NCBI RefSeq assembly: GCF_006345805.1
Contig: NC_042999.1
Span: 137,082,001-137,146,000 of the forward strand
Direction of reading: 5' to 3'
Origin: Octopus sinensis
Lineage: Eukaryota
DNA: 64,000 nucleotides
How positions within the stretch are numbered: the first letter of the stretch is position 1; each line of letters opens with the position of its first letter. Of the stretch, positions 1 through 13,434 are shown in pieces. Below the pieces are notes generated by a model, which was given only the letters and a program-made list of their open reading frames with translations, made no database searches and was not told the DNA's origin. The position numbers and the translations under genes are program-made.

Positions 1-372
1 GACGATATGTGCATCTCTGATCATGAGCAGAAATAGTGGGGAAGTATCATAGCCATGTGTTGTGAGGGATTCTTTGGGGTTTGAATTATTCACCTCTGGA
101 AACATGGGTGTTTCATTTAACATCCTTAAACAACCCTTATTCAGAGACCTTTTGAGTGGGATGGGTTACTTGACCAGAACAAAATTCTAACTGGGCCCCA
201 CCTGCAAGGTCATGTGTTGTTTATCTTGATATGAGATCACCATGTTGCGAACACATGGTTGTGATGCATGTGCCTAGTATACCCTTATCACATGGGTAGT
301 CATGATGGGTATACTGAGCTTTGTATATTTTACCTCAGTGTCACTTTGATGGCATGCACTGCTCTCTCACTC

Positions 373-404
<32 letters not shown>

Positions 405-420
405 TAATAATAATAATATA
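1..420 (+). mobile_element. 3' end of a non-LTR retroelement/SINE-like repeat ending in an (AAT)n tail
   Basis: Non-coding sequence ends at ...GCACTGCTCTCTCACTC and runs directly into (AAT)n at 373-420. It resembles a common octopus repeat from memory (not searched). Confidence 0.55.
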
Positions 421-1036
421 GGGTAGGACAGTATTTACATTGAAAAATTTGTAAACATTACAAAATCAGCACTCCTGCTTACTGAACATCATCCTGAGCC
501 AGTCATTGAAGGTTAAAATGTCACTATCCTCTGGAATTTTCCAGTCAACACTGACAGAATGACCCAGGCTAATTAACCAGACATGATTATAAAAGACAGG
601 GAAGAAAATACTTGTAAACTAATAGATGTAAGTGTTCCTACTGATAAAAATATATCTGTCAAAGAATTTGACAAATTAAGTAAATATAAGGATCTGGAAA
701 TTGAAATACAAAAGATGTGGTTTCTTAAAGTAAGAACTGTTCTTGTTATTGTGGGTGACCTAGGTATGATAAAAAAGGGATGCCAGAAACATTTAAAAAA
801 GGTCCCAGGAGAACCATGTCTCAGAGAAATCCAAAAGATAGTGTTGACAAGTAGTGCCCACATCTTTGGAAAAATCCTATCCATTTAAATGTCTGTGTTA
901 TATTACATGAAGACATTTCGCCACTTCCTCTCCCCAAGCTTTCTGCCATACTGTAACATCTCTTATCCTTCACACACCCTAAGATGCTGAGTGTGCCTCA
1001 GCAAGTGCTTGTAACAAACATGCAGATTAAAAGTAA
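421..1036 (+). mobile_element. 5'-truncated R4/Dong-type non-LTR retrotransposon (C-terminal restriction-like endonuclease domain plus 3' UTR), degenerate
   Basis: Translation across stops and one frameshift: VGQYLH*KICKHY...EHHPEPVIEG*NVTILWNFPVNTDRMTQAN*PDMIIKD...LIDVSVPTDKNISVKEFDKLSKYKDLEIEIQKMW...LGMIKKG...IQKIVLTSSAHIFGKIL. This is the typical RLE (PD..D/ExK) C-terminus. (TAA)n flanks both ends. Confidence 0.85.
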
Positions 1037-1271
1037 AATAATAATAATAATGATAAAAATTAAAATGGTTTGTGATTTAGACACAAGACCAGTGATTCTG
1101 AGGGGAGGAGGTTAGTCAATTCCATCAGTTGCAGTACTTGACTGGTACTTTATTTCATTGTAATGTAACCAGATTGTAACCTTAGCAGGATTTGAACTAT
1201 GAATGTGGAGAACCAGGATAAATACCACAAGCTATCTTTTCTACCAATTCTACCAATTCACTGCCTTATTA

Positions 1272-1465
1272 ATAGTTGTAGTAGTTGTAGCAGCAGCAGC
1301 AGTAGTAGTAGTAGTAGCAGCAGCAGCAGCTGCAGTAGTAGCAGTAATAGCAGCAGCAGTTGCAGTAGCAGTAATAGCAGTAGTAGTAGTGGTAGTGGTG
1401 GTGGGGTATAATTGTAGTAGCAGTAGTATTGGAAGCAGTGATGATGATGATGATGATGATAATAA
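1272..1465. repeat. Compound (GCA/GTA)n and (GAT)n microsatellite
   Basis: Directly visible; explains the poly-S/A/V/L ORFs at 1199-1533. Confidence 0.95.
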
Positions 1466-1924
1466 CAATGGCAGTGATGGCAAGGAGGTGGAGAAACAAT
1501 TACCTCCGTTGTAATTTTTTTCTGTGTCAACAATCCTGAAACGCCACTGTCAGGTAAATCTTCAAAGAAATCCGATTGTCAGAGCTTATAATGAGGCATA
1601 GCAGCATAAACCAGTGACAGGAGGAGGAAGAAACAGGTTTAATTCTCAAAGTTGAAGATTAACTCAATTGTCTGGATGTTGATGGGTGGGTGGTTTTGTA
1701 TTAATTATCTCAATTACACTTCCTCACTGAAGCTGACAAGAAAACCTATCAAAGACTCAGCAACTGGGACAATGACAGGTTGCTAAGTTTTTTTTTTTTT
1801 TTTATGTAAGCTACAGTTTTGTTAAATAAATCTAAATTTATTAACCTACTTTCAGATAATCTCAAATTTGTTGTGAAATATCCCCAGGTTTTATATATTC
1901 CTTTTTATGTTTGTCAGGAGTGCT

Positions 1925-2262
1925 GTGATGGTTGTATGGTCAAGAAACTTGCTTTGCAATTATGTTGTTTTGGGCTTATTCCCACTGCATGGCACCTTGG
2001 AAAAGTGTCTTCTACTGTAGCCCTGGCCCAACCAATGTGTGAGAATTTGGTAGATGGAAACTGTGTGGAAGCTTCTATCCATCCATTCATCCATCCATCC
2101 ATCTATCTGTGTGTATGTGTATGTCTTTTTGTTTGTGTTTGTTCCCCATCACACTGCTTGACAGCTGGTATTGGTTTGTTTACATCCCTGAAACTTGCCA
2201 GTTCAACCAAAGAGACTGATAGAATAAGTACCAGACTTAAAAATAAGTGCTGGTCTTGATTT
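1925..2262 (+). mobile_element. tRNA-derived SINE, family A (CORE-like, OR1/OR2-type), decayed
   Basis: GGCACCTTGGAAAAGTGTCTTCTACTGTAGCC...TTTGGTAGATGGAAACTG, a microsatellite spacer, then ...GATAGAATAAGTACC. Same layout as 5750-6166. Confidence 0.75.
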
Positions 2263-4061
2263 TTTCTACTATACACTTCAGCATTTCAGTAGCCCAATGG
2301 CTGACACGAGTAAAAGGTATAGAACAAGTGTCAGTGTCAATGACCTTTACAGACCCTATCATACTTGTAAAATTTTTGCAAGTGATTGATGTTCAACTTG
2401 GGAATCTTCTGTTCAATATCCTCCAGAATAAATGTGGATGTAGGAGGAAACTGGGATCCTAGTTTGAATGCTTATAATAGAATGAGTTCTCCAATACTGA
2501 AGGATAAGATAGTGATATGAAACCATGTGGTATATTGGATCATCAAGTAAGATCAAAAGCATTTAAGTCATGTTTAGTTTAGTTTTAGTTCTGTCTTGTG
2601 ACCTTGGACTTATCATGCCAGTGGCCTGGCATCCATATAATGTGGAAGGAAGTGTTTTGCTTAAGAACAACACAATGCACTACTCAGTCTGGGAATCAAA
2701 ACTACTATCTGACAATTGTGCAATTTTCATTCATCTTCATGAAAATTGCACAATGAAAAGGTCATGCATCTTCACACTCTAGTCATGGTCTTTTATCATT
2801 ATTTTTCACAGAATGTATCTGGGAGTATATGATCCAATATATCTTCCTCCTTAATGTATAGGGTGTGATTTAAGGTAAAGTTAGCTGCTATTTCTAACTG
2901 AGAACTGACACAATTCACTTATTTGCCAGTGGTTATTCTCAAATACTAAAGTGATTTAACTAATAAGAGAAATGTCATAAGAAAAACAGATTGTTGTACT
3001 TGTAGGCTAACAACAAATCAAACTCTAACTGAAGCCTCTGCATGGCTGCTTAACTTGCTAGAAATAGCTGCCAAAACTCTCTCATATTACGACTCACCAT
3101 CTTAAAAAGGAAGCAACACATTACTCTTTTACTATTTTTCAGTCATTTGACTGTGGCCATGCTGGAGTACTTCCTTTAAAACATTAGATTATATAATCCT
3201 GGATATGCTAGACCTAAGAAAAACAAGACTGGATGATCATAGCTAGAATGTTATTCATCATAAATCTGCTTGACTGAGACTGACCAAGGACTAAACAATC
3301 ACAACAGCATATCTCTAATACAGCATACTGTATGGCACCTAAGGCAGGCTGAAAGAAATGAATAACAGTTACATCACTAACAACAACAACAACACTTCAG
3401 CAACAACAACAACCATAAGAAAAGAAAATGAAAGGAAAGAAATTCTCTTAGGTTGTTTATAATAAGGGTTCTTAAAATAAAACGGAAAAGCTGGCACTTG
3501 AATTTTAAGAAGATAAGTGGTCATTTCTGGGAAACAAAAATATTGACGAAATCTTTATTCAAACTTGTGTGTGTCTGTTTATGCCTGTGTATGTGCATGT
3601 ATGTGGGTGTTTGTAGTAAAGGGCTAGTTGAGTGTTTTATTTTCATTTCAAAAGGTTATATTAATTATTTTTTAATCTGTTACCCAGTTTAACACCACCA
3701 CATTTGATTCGTTCAACAGTGTTTACTTTATTGCAAGGATTCAGACTGAATCTTCCGTTTGAGGATAAATTTCTCCTTTGCCTCAACAAGTTTTGGAGGC
3801 TTTGAAAAAATAAAGTATCATAGACTCTGTTCCTCTATTCCTGACCAAACAATTCAAAAATACTATTAATAATTTTTTACCATTCATTTTTTATGATTAT
3901 ATTGGTTGGGGGAAGTTTATTGAGTCAGGATGCCCCTACTGTTGTCAATTTTTGCTTGTTTCTGAGCAAAGTATTACATCTTTATGGCCAGACATGTTTT
4001 TGCAGAGTATTGGAAAGGATTGGCATTTACAACTATCACATGATGTCATGACAAAAGGACA

Positions 4062-4515
4062 CAAATATACACACTCACACACACACATTTGTATATTCAC
4101 AACAAGCTTCTTTCAGTTTCTTATTTCTTTATTGCCCACAAGGGGCTAAACATAGAGGGGACAAACAATGACAGACAAAGGGATTAAGTCAATTACATCA
4201 AACCCAGTGTGTAACTGGTACTTAATTTATCAATCCCGAAAGGATGAAAGGCAAAGTCGAACTCAGCGGAATTTGAACTCAGAACGTAGCGGCAGACGAA
4301 ATACCACTAAGCATTTCACCCGGCATGCTAACGTTTCTGCCAGCTCGCCACCTTTCAGTTTCTGTCAGCTTCTTTCAGTTTCTGTCTCCCAAATTCACTC
4401 ACAAGGCTTTGGTCAGCCCAGAGCTATAGTAGAAGACACTTTCCCAAGATGCCATGCTGTAGGACTGAACTTGAAACCATAACGTTGGTTTGTTAGCCAC
4501 ACAGACATGCCTGAG
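4062..4515 (-). mobile_element. Family A SINE interrupted by a young family B SINE (4122-4349)
   Basis: The inner copy is flanked by the 12-bp duplication CTTTCAGTTTCT (4110-4121 and 4352-4363) and retains its CpGs; the outer halves join into the family A body. Confidence 0.8.
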
Positions 4516-5749
4516 CCTATAATGTTACCATCAATCAGTCACTTTTCATATTTTAAGAGAAAGGTTAGCATTTTTTGCTGAAGTTTGTAAATTTGGGTAA
4601 GCCTATTATATCATAGAAAGATGAGGATCCTACGAGAAGTAGGTTGGTTGCATTCTTAGCAGAAAATGACATGGTCACTGACACTTAGCACAGGCTATTG
4701 CCCAGGAAGGCGATCTTCATACACCTCCTACAACATTATGACTCAGTATAGAAACTGCTGTTCAACTGTTGTAATGTGGATGTGATGTATCTTGTTTTCT
4801 TTTGTAAAAGTCGTTGATAAATTGGTTATGGAATGATATATAGGACTCTTGTGTTAATAGATATAACTATTGATTTCTTTGTTAGACAAAAGACCTATGA
4901 CCTGTCTATCCAAAGAAAAAGATAAATGGATAATAATAATAATAATAATAATTTCATTTATTTGCTGCAATGATGAAGGATGAGGAGACAAATAATAATA
5001 AGAAGAAGAAGGAGAAAAAGTCCTCTCCCCACTGCCACCACTAATAACTGAGGTTAAGATACTTAAATGTCTTGATCAGGAACTCAGTTATCTGTCTGAA
5101 GCAGGATATGAACTCACATTTTGGTATGGAAGCAATTTCAATGACATGGCTTGGATAAGACATTTGGAGGCAGTGTTTTATGGTTAGATACCATTCCTAA
5201 CATCAACCCGTTTTAGGTGCCTCTTGAGACATGCAGGAACTTGTAAGACCTATCCTAAAATTGTAAAATGCTGAATACAAGGCTGTGTAATTGAAAAGTT
5301 TGCTTCTCAACCAAGTGGTTTCAGGTTCAGTCTCACAGTGTGACACTTCGGACAAGAGCCTCTGGTACAACCAATGCCCTGTGAGTGAATTTTGTAGATG
5401 GAAACTTTGTTGAATCCTGTTATATATTTTTATGTGTACTTGAGATGTGTCAAGCTAAGTAAAATTACTGGCATTCATACATACAGGCTTGTCTTTTATA
5501 GGTACTGGTGTCACATAAAATATATTTGTGCCAGTGCTGTGTAAACACACCCATGCCAGTGGTGCGTAAAACACACTCAGCACACTCTGTAAAGTGTTTG
5601 GCATCCAGCCAAAGAAACCATGCCATAACAGACAACTGGAGTCTGGACAGTTCCCCTGCTGGCCAGCTCCATGTCAAACTGTCCAACCCATACCAGCATG
5701 GAAAATGGATGTTAAATGATGATGATTGATGATGATGTGTATGTACTCT

Positions 5750-6166
5750 TTTACTCTATATTCTTTACTCTTTTACTTGTTTCAGTCATTTGACTGTGGC
5801 CATGCTGGAGCACCACCTTTAGTCGAGCAAATCGCCCCCAGGACTTATTCTTTCTAAGCCTAGTACTTATTCTATCGGTCTCTTTTGCTGAACCGCTAAG
5901 TTACGGGGACATAAACACACCAGCATCGGTTGTCAAGCGATGTTGAGGGGACAAACACAGACACACAAACATACACACACATATACACATATATATATAC
6001 ATATATATGACGGGCTTCTTTCAGTTTCCGTCTACCAAATCCACTCACAAGGCTTTGGTTGGCCTGAGGCTAAAGTAGAATACACTTGCCCAAGGTGTCA
6101 CACAGTGGGACTGAACTTGGAACCATGTGGTTTGTAAGCAAGCTACTTCACACAGCCACTCCTACG
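5750..6166 (-). mobile_element. Near full-length family A SINE with CR1-like 3' tail
   Basis: Minus strand: tRNA-like head (AGGAGTGGCTGTGTG...GTTCAGTCCC), ACCTTGGGCAAGTG core, (TG/TA)n spacer, tail GGTGGTGCTCCAGCATGGCCACAGTCAAATGACTGAAAC, then A-rich repeats. Confidence 0.85.
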
Positions 6167-6620
6167 TCTATGTGTATATTTTTGCATCTGTGTTTGTTCC
6201 CCAGCTCCCCCACTCGACAATCAGTGTTGGCTTGTTTACATCCCTGTAACTTAGTGGTTCGGCAAAAGGGACTAATAGAGTAAATACAATATATGTAAAA
6301 AGTAAGTTATTGGGGTCAATCCATTCAACTAAACCACTTTAAGAGGTTGCCCCAACATAACCACAATCCATTGACTGAAACAAGTTCAAAGATAAGATGC
6401 ACAGGCATAAATTACATAATAAATAACACTGCTGCTCATCTCTTTAGTGAAATGGTTGAGTCAATCATTGAACTTATTGATGACAAGAGGCATCTGAGCA
6501 ATGAAATATCAACTCTACTGACTTATAGCCAAGAGCACTGCAGCATTGTGTCCTATACATGCATGTAGAAGTGCACAATAAGCCCTTCAGCAGAGGTTGA
6601 GCAATAGATGTGTGGGTTAC

Positions 6621-6792
6621 TAGGGCTGTCTTGATAACATTATCAGTCCCTGAGTAAACTAATTCATTAGAACCAATAGTATTTATTCATTCATTGACTA
6701 GAAGCCACAGTAAACTTAGATTAGAATAGGGCTCTTAGACCAATGGGGTCCCAGGTAACTGCCCAGTATGTCCATGCCTTAAGACAGCCCTA
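6621..6792. mobile_element. hAT-like MITE
   Basis: Perfect 12-bp TIRs TAGGGCTGTCTT/AAGACAGCCCTA; the 8-bp flanks TGGGTTAC and TGGCTCAC match at 6/8. A related decayed copy lies near 36600-36760. Confidence 0.7.
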
Positions 6793-7788
6793 TGGCTCAC
6801 AGCCACTCAGTTATTCAGTCTCCTAGTTTGATTAGAGCTAACATATGACTATATGACAACAACCAGAGGAAACTTCTTCTGGCCACATCCCTTAGGTAGG
6901 CAGTGAAGTCATGAATATAAACCTAATATCTTAAGACATTGCAAACATTTGTCAATTATTTTCACTACTGTATGGAGAATCATTTATCTCCCACTATGGA
7001 ATTTATTTATTTCATCATTGTTGTTGCCACCACTGCCCCTATTATTGTATCAATGTCTACTTTTCTGTGCTCACATGGACCGGATGGAATTTGTTGACAA
7101 GGCCATCACATGACTTTTAGAGGCCCCCTGCATCATTTTGCTTCAAGGCCTCAACTCTCCAATCAAAATTCATAATCTATGCACCTTTTGTTCATAGCTA
7201 TATTTTACTTTATTCTATCTGAAGTTCAATATTTCTCGTTATCCTAAAGAACATCTTTAAAAGTACAAGTTAAATTTATTTAGGGCTGGAACTATTGTAT
7301 AATTTCATGTTTAGGAAGGCCAACATTTAATAGGGTTGAATATTTATTCAATGAACTCATAAGTATCAGAAGACAAGCATTTCAAAATAACAACAGTTGC
7401 CTCAGCTTTTATATACAAAGAAGTTTATTCAAGAGCATTAAAATACAAAAACGCTTTCAATCTAAAACAGAAACAAACTATTTTAAATTATATATTTTTG
7501 TAAAATAGACATGAATGTTTTCAAAGGCTTGATAACAGTCAAAAACACCTTTTTTTAATTCTATATTTCACTGTTAGCTGTTGCTATATTTCGATTGGAT
7601 AAACAATTCTACAGTTCAAACTGTAAAGTCAAAATACCAAAGATGCAAAATATAAAGAATTTCTTACCTTCCTCTGAAATCACAAATTCAAGGGAAAAAT
7701 AGTACTTTGCAAAATAAAATACGTTGATCACAAACTAGTTACAACTGAAGAATACCTGTGTGTATACATACACACAAACATCTGTGTG

Positions 7789-7819
<31 letters not shown>

Positions 7820-9119
7820 GTGTACAAATGAATAGGTATATGTATGCTTGTGTGTGTATGTTTGTATGTATGTATAAGTATACAACTTCCACCTTTCATC
7901 ACCATTGCTTCTTTTTCTTGTCTTCTGTTGAAGTTGTTCTTATTTCCATTGTTTGGGATTTCTTTCGTTTTTTCTTTTATCTCCCTAGGGAATTCCCTGA
8001 CAAGCTTTTTTCATTTATTTTTTTGTTTCTTTAAAATTTATTTACAGTACACACTCGTATTTTTTTCCTCGCCTGGCTTGAAATTTTCAGTTAGCGTTTT
8101 AAACAAAGTAAATAGCTGGCTCATCTATGTACTTGAATCTTAACACGGGGGTCCCTCAACTGCAGAGGTTTCAGGGGCTTAGCAACGGCCCTGTTTGTTG
8201 AGGTGTATTTTGCTCTACTATCATGAACCCTCACCTGTTTCCAAATAAAGTAATATTTCTCCATGACCAGACATATTTTCACATAACATTATAAATGATG
8301 AACACTGCTTGTATGATGGTGACACTCATTTACAACTCTCTTGTGATGTCAAGGCATGAAAACAGTAACACACAAACATGCACACACACACATACACACA
8401 CACACACACACACGCATTTATATACAACAGGCTTCTTTCAGTTTCCATCAATCAAATCCACTCATAAGGCGTTGGTCAACCTGGGGTATTGTAGAAAACA
8501 CTTGCTCAAAGTGCCACACAAAAGTGCCACACAGTGGGACTGAACCCAGAAGCATGTGGTTGGGAAGCAAATTTCTTACTATACAGACTGGTGAGACTAA
8601 TGGAGAACTCAGAACTTACTGAGGTGCTAAGTGTGGGTTTCTAAAACAATTTTGTTTGAGGGGAAAAAAATTGTCACATTGGAATATATTTTTATTGATT
8701 TAATTTCATTTGAAGCTAATCTCTTTAACTAATTATGACATTTACAAACACCTGTTTATTTTTCTTTATCAAAATTTATAACTAATTGTTTAAAGTAATT
8801 ACAATTGTGCTTAAAGCAGAAAGCCAAAGAAACTACCTAAAAGATATTTTAAAATTTGTTATAGAGGGAGTACTTATTTGGCAACTCTTTCTTTAAATGT
8901 TATGTTTCTATAATCTTGTACATATTTCAATCATTGGACAGTAGTCATGCCTTGATGGGCTTAGTCAAATGAATTGACTCCAGTACTGATTTTAATTCTA
9001 ATAGACACTTGTACCAAACTGCTAGATTATGATGATATAAACAAAATAAACACTGGCTGTCAAGCAGTGGTGGGGACATACACAATCACAAACAAACATA
9101 CATGCACACGTGTGCTTGT

Positions 9120-9703
9120 GTGTGGTGAGCTTCTCCGCAGTTTTCACTTAATAAATTCCCTCATTGGACACTAAACTCTGCTTGTGAAGACCTGTTGAGG
9201 CAAGTGAAATCGAAATCCAAATTGAAATCAAATTTGTTGACTGGCATCCGTGCTAGTGGAGCGCTCAGAGTACCATCCGAGCGTAATCATTGCCAGAGCA
9301 ACAAACTGGCTTCTGTGCCGGTGGCACATAAAAAGCACTATTCAAGCATGATCATAACCTGCGTCACCTTACTGGCGCCTGTGCTGGTGGCACGTGAAAA
9401 GAACATTCGAGCCAGGTCATTGCCAGTGCTGCTGGACTGGCTCCTGTGCAGGTGGCACATAAAAATCACCATTTGAGCGTGGCCATTGCTAGTACTGCCT
9501 GACTGGCCCTTGTGCCAGTGGCACGTAAAAGCACCCACTACACTCTCAGAGTGGTTGGCATTAGGAAGGGCATCCAGCTGTAGAAACTCTGCCAGATCAG
9601 ATTGGAGCCTGGTGCAGACATCTGGTTTGCCACACCTCAGTCAAATCATCCAACCCATGCTAGCATGGAAAGCAGACGTTAAACGATGATGATGATGATG
9701 ATG
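9120..9703 (+). mobile_element. Non-autonomous retroposon with RTE-like (GAT)n 3' end and four internal ~65-nt hairpin units
   Basis: Ends GTTAGGAAGGGCATCCAGC-like...GACGTTAAAC(GAT)n. Other copies or fragments at 5490-5735, 16788-17139 (-), 23780-23970 (-), 48940-49180 and 50995-51247. Confidence 0.8.
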
Positions 9704-10774
9704 ACTCACAAGGCATTGGTTAGCCTGGTACAATAGGAGACACTGGCTCAAAATGGCATACATTGGTACTGAACCAGACACAACATAGTTGCAAAATGAG
9801 CTTCTTAACTGCACAATTATGCCTAGAATAAATATATTCTATAAATTTATAAGATTTACTCATATAAAAGTAATTTTGAAATGCAGCTTTATCAGATGGG
9901 AATTACCTTTATTGTGACCTTGCAACATACAAAGGCTCCCTAATTCTAACCTCACATAAACAGCTTTAGGTCAATATCCACAGAAAAAATGTGGCTAGGA
10001 AAGGATACAAATCCATAATACTGCTCTAGATTGAAAAGTGTATGTGTGCATGCGTGCATGTCTGTGAATGTGCATGAGTATGTTTCTGCATGGGTTTGTA
10101 TGTTTGTGTCTGTATCTGTGTGTGTGATCTGAATGCTTAAAACAGAATGAAACTAGCAAGACCCACCACCATGCACTCCTACTTATAAGCTAAATGGATT
10201 AATCAGTTGAGAGAGTCCAATGTCTGGTCAATGGACACTGCAATGAAGTACAAACTGCTGACCTCTTGGTTAATAGGCCAAAACTCTACTGACTCAGTCA
10301 GCTCAGGCTTCCACATCAATATACACTCTATCAATATATATATACAGCATGGTCTAAAAAGGCACACAATAAACACACATATGTATGCAAGCACACACAC
10401 ACATGTATACCACATGTATGCACATTCATACACACACTCTCTCTTATATAAAGACACACACATTCACTTAGACATATAAACACACTTACACATACATTCA
10501 CAGGTTAATATTTACATTTATTTAATATAAATGTAAATAGTAACATTAGAATTAAAATAAAGTAAATATTGATTTCAAATTTTGGCACAAGGCTCTAACA
10601 ATTTATTTTGTAGGGTGGTGGTAAATCAGTTATACTGACCAGCTGAACACCGGTACATATTTTGACTCTGAAAGGATGAAAAGCAAAATCAAGCTCAGCA
10701 GAATAATAAAAGTAAATAATAACATGTGAATCTATGTGTAAGAGTGTTTAGATATTGTGTGTTTATATATTAAG

Positions 10775-11228
10775 ACAGTGATCTGGCTGAGTTGTTAGTG
10801 TGCTGGGGAAATGCTTAGCAGCGTTTCACTTGCTTTATGTTCTGAGTTCAGATTTCACTGAGTTCAACTTTGCCTTTCGTTCTTCGGGGGGGGGGGTGGT
10901 CAATAAAATAAGTACCAGTTAAATACTAGGGTTGAAGTAATCGACTTATCCCCCTCCCCCCAAAACTGCTGGCCTTGTGCCAAAATTTGAAATTAATGTT
11001 TTACATTTATTAAGGGAGCAAGCTGGCAGAATCATTAGCACACTGGACAAAATGCTTAGCTGCATTTCATCTATCTTAATATTCTGAGTTCAAGTTCCAC
11101 CAAGGCTGACTTTGCCTTTCATCCTTTTGGGTTCAATAAAATAAGTACCAGTTGAGCACTGGGGTAGATGCGATCAAGTCACCCCCTCCTCTAGAACTTG
11201 CTGGCCTTGTGTCAACATTCAAAACCAA
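10775..11228 (+). mobile_element. Two tandem family B SINEs (MetaSINE/Sauria-like central domain), CpG-decayed
   Basis: Each carries TTCTGAGTTCA (B-box-like) and GACTTTGCCTTTCATCCTT..G.G.TCAATAAAATAAGTACCAG; copies at 10775-10997 and 11013-11228. Confidence 0.8.
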
Positions 11229-11899
11229 TATTTACATTTATTGATATCCTTTGTGAGCACTTGATAAATTTTCATAAAGAAGAATCACAGTTGACTATTC
11301 AAAGATAGCATATTACTGGTACCAATAATATCAACCCTCTTGGCTGTAACAAAGGAGCTCAAGACTGACTGTCAACAGAAAACCTTGTATGACATCAATG
11401 GTCAAGTTTTCACAGCCAAATCAGTCAAATAATTATTGGAAAAGTTCCAAACATAGAAGTTGAGTTTAGAATCAAGATGCCTAGAAGTAAACTGAGCAAA
11501 GACAAATGTCTTAATTCCCAAGAACTCTGCTGCCATCGAGGAAGTGACCATTCTTGATATACTGAGGTGTAAGTTGGAATTCTATACTGCACCATAGGGT
11601 CAACTATGGGTGCACAAAATAGATAATGAGATCATAAGGCCAGGACCATCTTAGAAGCATTATAGGTTCCTGGACAAATCAGTGCTCTGATTTATTTATT
11701 AACAGCAAGCCACAGCATACATGGATCAGACCTGGTCCCTAAACTTGTGGTACTCTTAAACCTGTGGCACCCCTAAACCTATGATGCCCCTAGTGTGCCC
11801 ATGCCTTTAGGCTGCACTGCATAAGGCAAGCTAGCAGAAAAAAGGAAAAAGTTTGTATGTAGCAGTTGTACAAGAATAATTAGCAATACGAGCAACTAG

Positions 11900-12280
11900 G
11901 AAAAGAAATTCTTTCAAATGCTCAGAAGGCTCTTGAGAAGCAGTTGACAACTTCCATTACTTAGGTGATTTAAGCAACTGTGGAGGTGGGTACTTTGAAA
12001 GCAAAATATACATAGAAATAATAGACTTAAAAAAAATAATTAGAAAGGTATTATCTGTGCTGGTAACAAAGGGATTCTCTCTCCAAGTAATGAGGAGATT
12101 GTATAATGCTTATGTGTGTACAGAGATGATATTGTAAGATACTGAAACATGAGTATTCTTTCTGGAAGAAATTGGTTGTGGTAAGACCTGTAGAGGAATG
12201 GGCTTTGTAAGGTCTAAAAGAAAATATTCGAAACATGCTGTACATTATGATGGCATTCTTAAGTTTCCATCAGACCATGT
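11900..12280 (+). mobile_element. Degenerate RTE-clade LINE reverse-transcriptase C-terminal fragment
   Basis: Frame from 11937: EAVDNFHYLGDLSNCGGGYFES...VLVTKGFSLQVMRRLYNAYVCTEMIL*DTET*, matching the RTE pattern F.YLG...KG(L/F)SL....RLY....R......SETW. Confidence 0.8.
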
Positions 12281-12405
12281 CATGGTATGGTATTTTTATA
12301 TCCATTTCATTTCTATGTTTCCGAGGTTTGGCTGAGTCTGCACATAAAAATATATTTTACAAAATTGTTCATTATTTTTCTATGGCTTGTTTTTGCCTGT
12401 AAAAA

Positions 12406-12408
12406 GGA

Positions 12409-12482
<74 letters not shown>
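12406..12482. repeat. (GA)n microsatellite
   Basis: Directly visible. Confidence 0.97.
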
Positions 12483-12484
<2 letters not shown>

Positions 12485-13090
12485 CACACACATTAGAATT
12501 TTAAGTAATGAGATTGAAATTTTCTAGTAAACTTGATATTTTAAACCATTTTTATATTTTAAAATATATATTCTATTAAGTTTACTTATTAAATTTCCTA
12601 TTTATTGTTAATCATTAGTTTTACTTAAATCTTATATATGGTTAATCACATCCAATTAATGTGCAACATATTCATGGTCTAATCTAAAAAGAAAAAATTC
12701 TTTTATTCATATTTATTCTTCTTGATTTCTTTAGATTATTGATACAGATTATCATCATGGTGTTATGTTGATGATGATGATGATGATGATGACAATGATG
12801 GTAACAATGATTATGATAGAAATGTAGGTGTTGATGATGTTAGTGTCTGCTTTTCAATGCTGGAATATGGTAGATAGGTACAGCATATTGCTATTCATCA
12901 CAACCCTCTGTTGCCAATTCCTCTGTGAGGTTTAACATCTTAAGAACTGATATCACATCTTCCAATATTACTCTTTGCCTTTCTCTGCTAGGAGTACCCC
13001 ACCCCTATCCCTGCTAGCATTTTGCACTCTTTGACTTCTTATGTACGATCCATTCATATAACCTGCCCTTACTAATGCAGCACGTACTAA

Positions 13091-13303
13091 CCCTTTCGTT
13101 ACTGTATTTATTTTGAGATGCTCTGTTTCTCTCAATTACTTTAAATATAACCAAGAATTTAGTAAAATAGTTATCATTCAACTAGTGTTTGGAACATAAA
13201 TTGTGACTAAGGCTTGGTGGAATATTTTAATTCAAAACTTATGGAAACACGACATTTGTACTCAGAGCCAGAGCTGGTTTCAGCCGGGTTGGTAATGAAA
13301 GAG
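13091..13303. mobile_element. piggyBac-like MITE
   Basis: TIRs CCCTTTCGTTAC/GTAATGAAAGAG; flanks CTAA (left) and TTAA (right). Confidence 0.65.
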
Positions 13304-13365
13304 TTAAGTGATATATTTAAAATCCCAGCCACTCACTTAGCCCACTTTCATTCAGTATTTCATAC

Positions 13366-13434
13366 CAGTTAATGCTGAAAATCAACAGGTCATCTTCAGT
13401 TTTTCTTTTCTTCAGTAGATCTTCCACAGTGTCC
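13366..13434 (-). CDS. Candidate internal coding exon of an unidentified minus-strand gene (DTVEDLLKKRKTEDDLLIFSIN)
   Basis: ttttatattgcttgaacAG | 69 nt | GTatga. Only one frame is open, the phases are symmetric (2-2), and the peptide is protein-like. No homologue recognised. Confidence 0.45.

Noticed and set aside
1199-1533. Overlapping poly-S/V/A/L ORFs
   Set aside because: Trinucleotide microsatellite.
7668-7673. 6-nt microexon-like site AG|AGGAAG|GTAAGA on the minus strand (a similar site lies at 18389-18394)
   Set aside because: Not distinguishable from chance in AT-rich DNA without reads.
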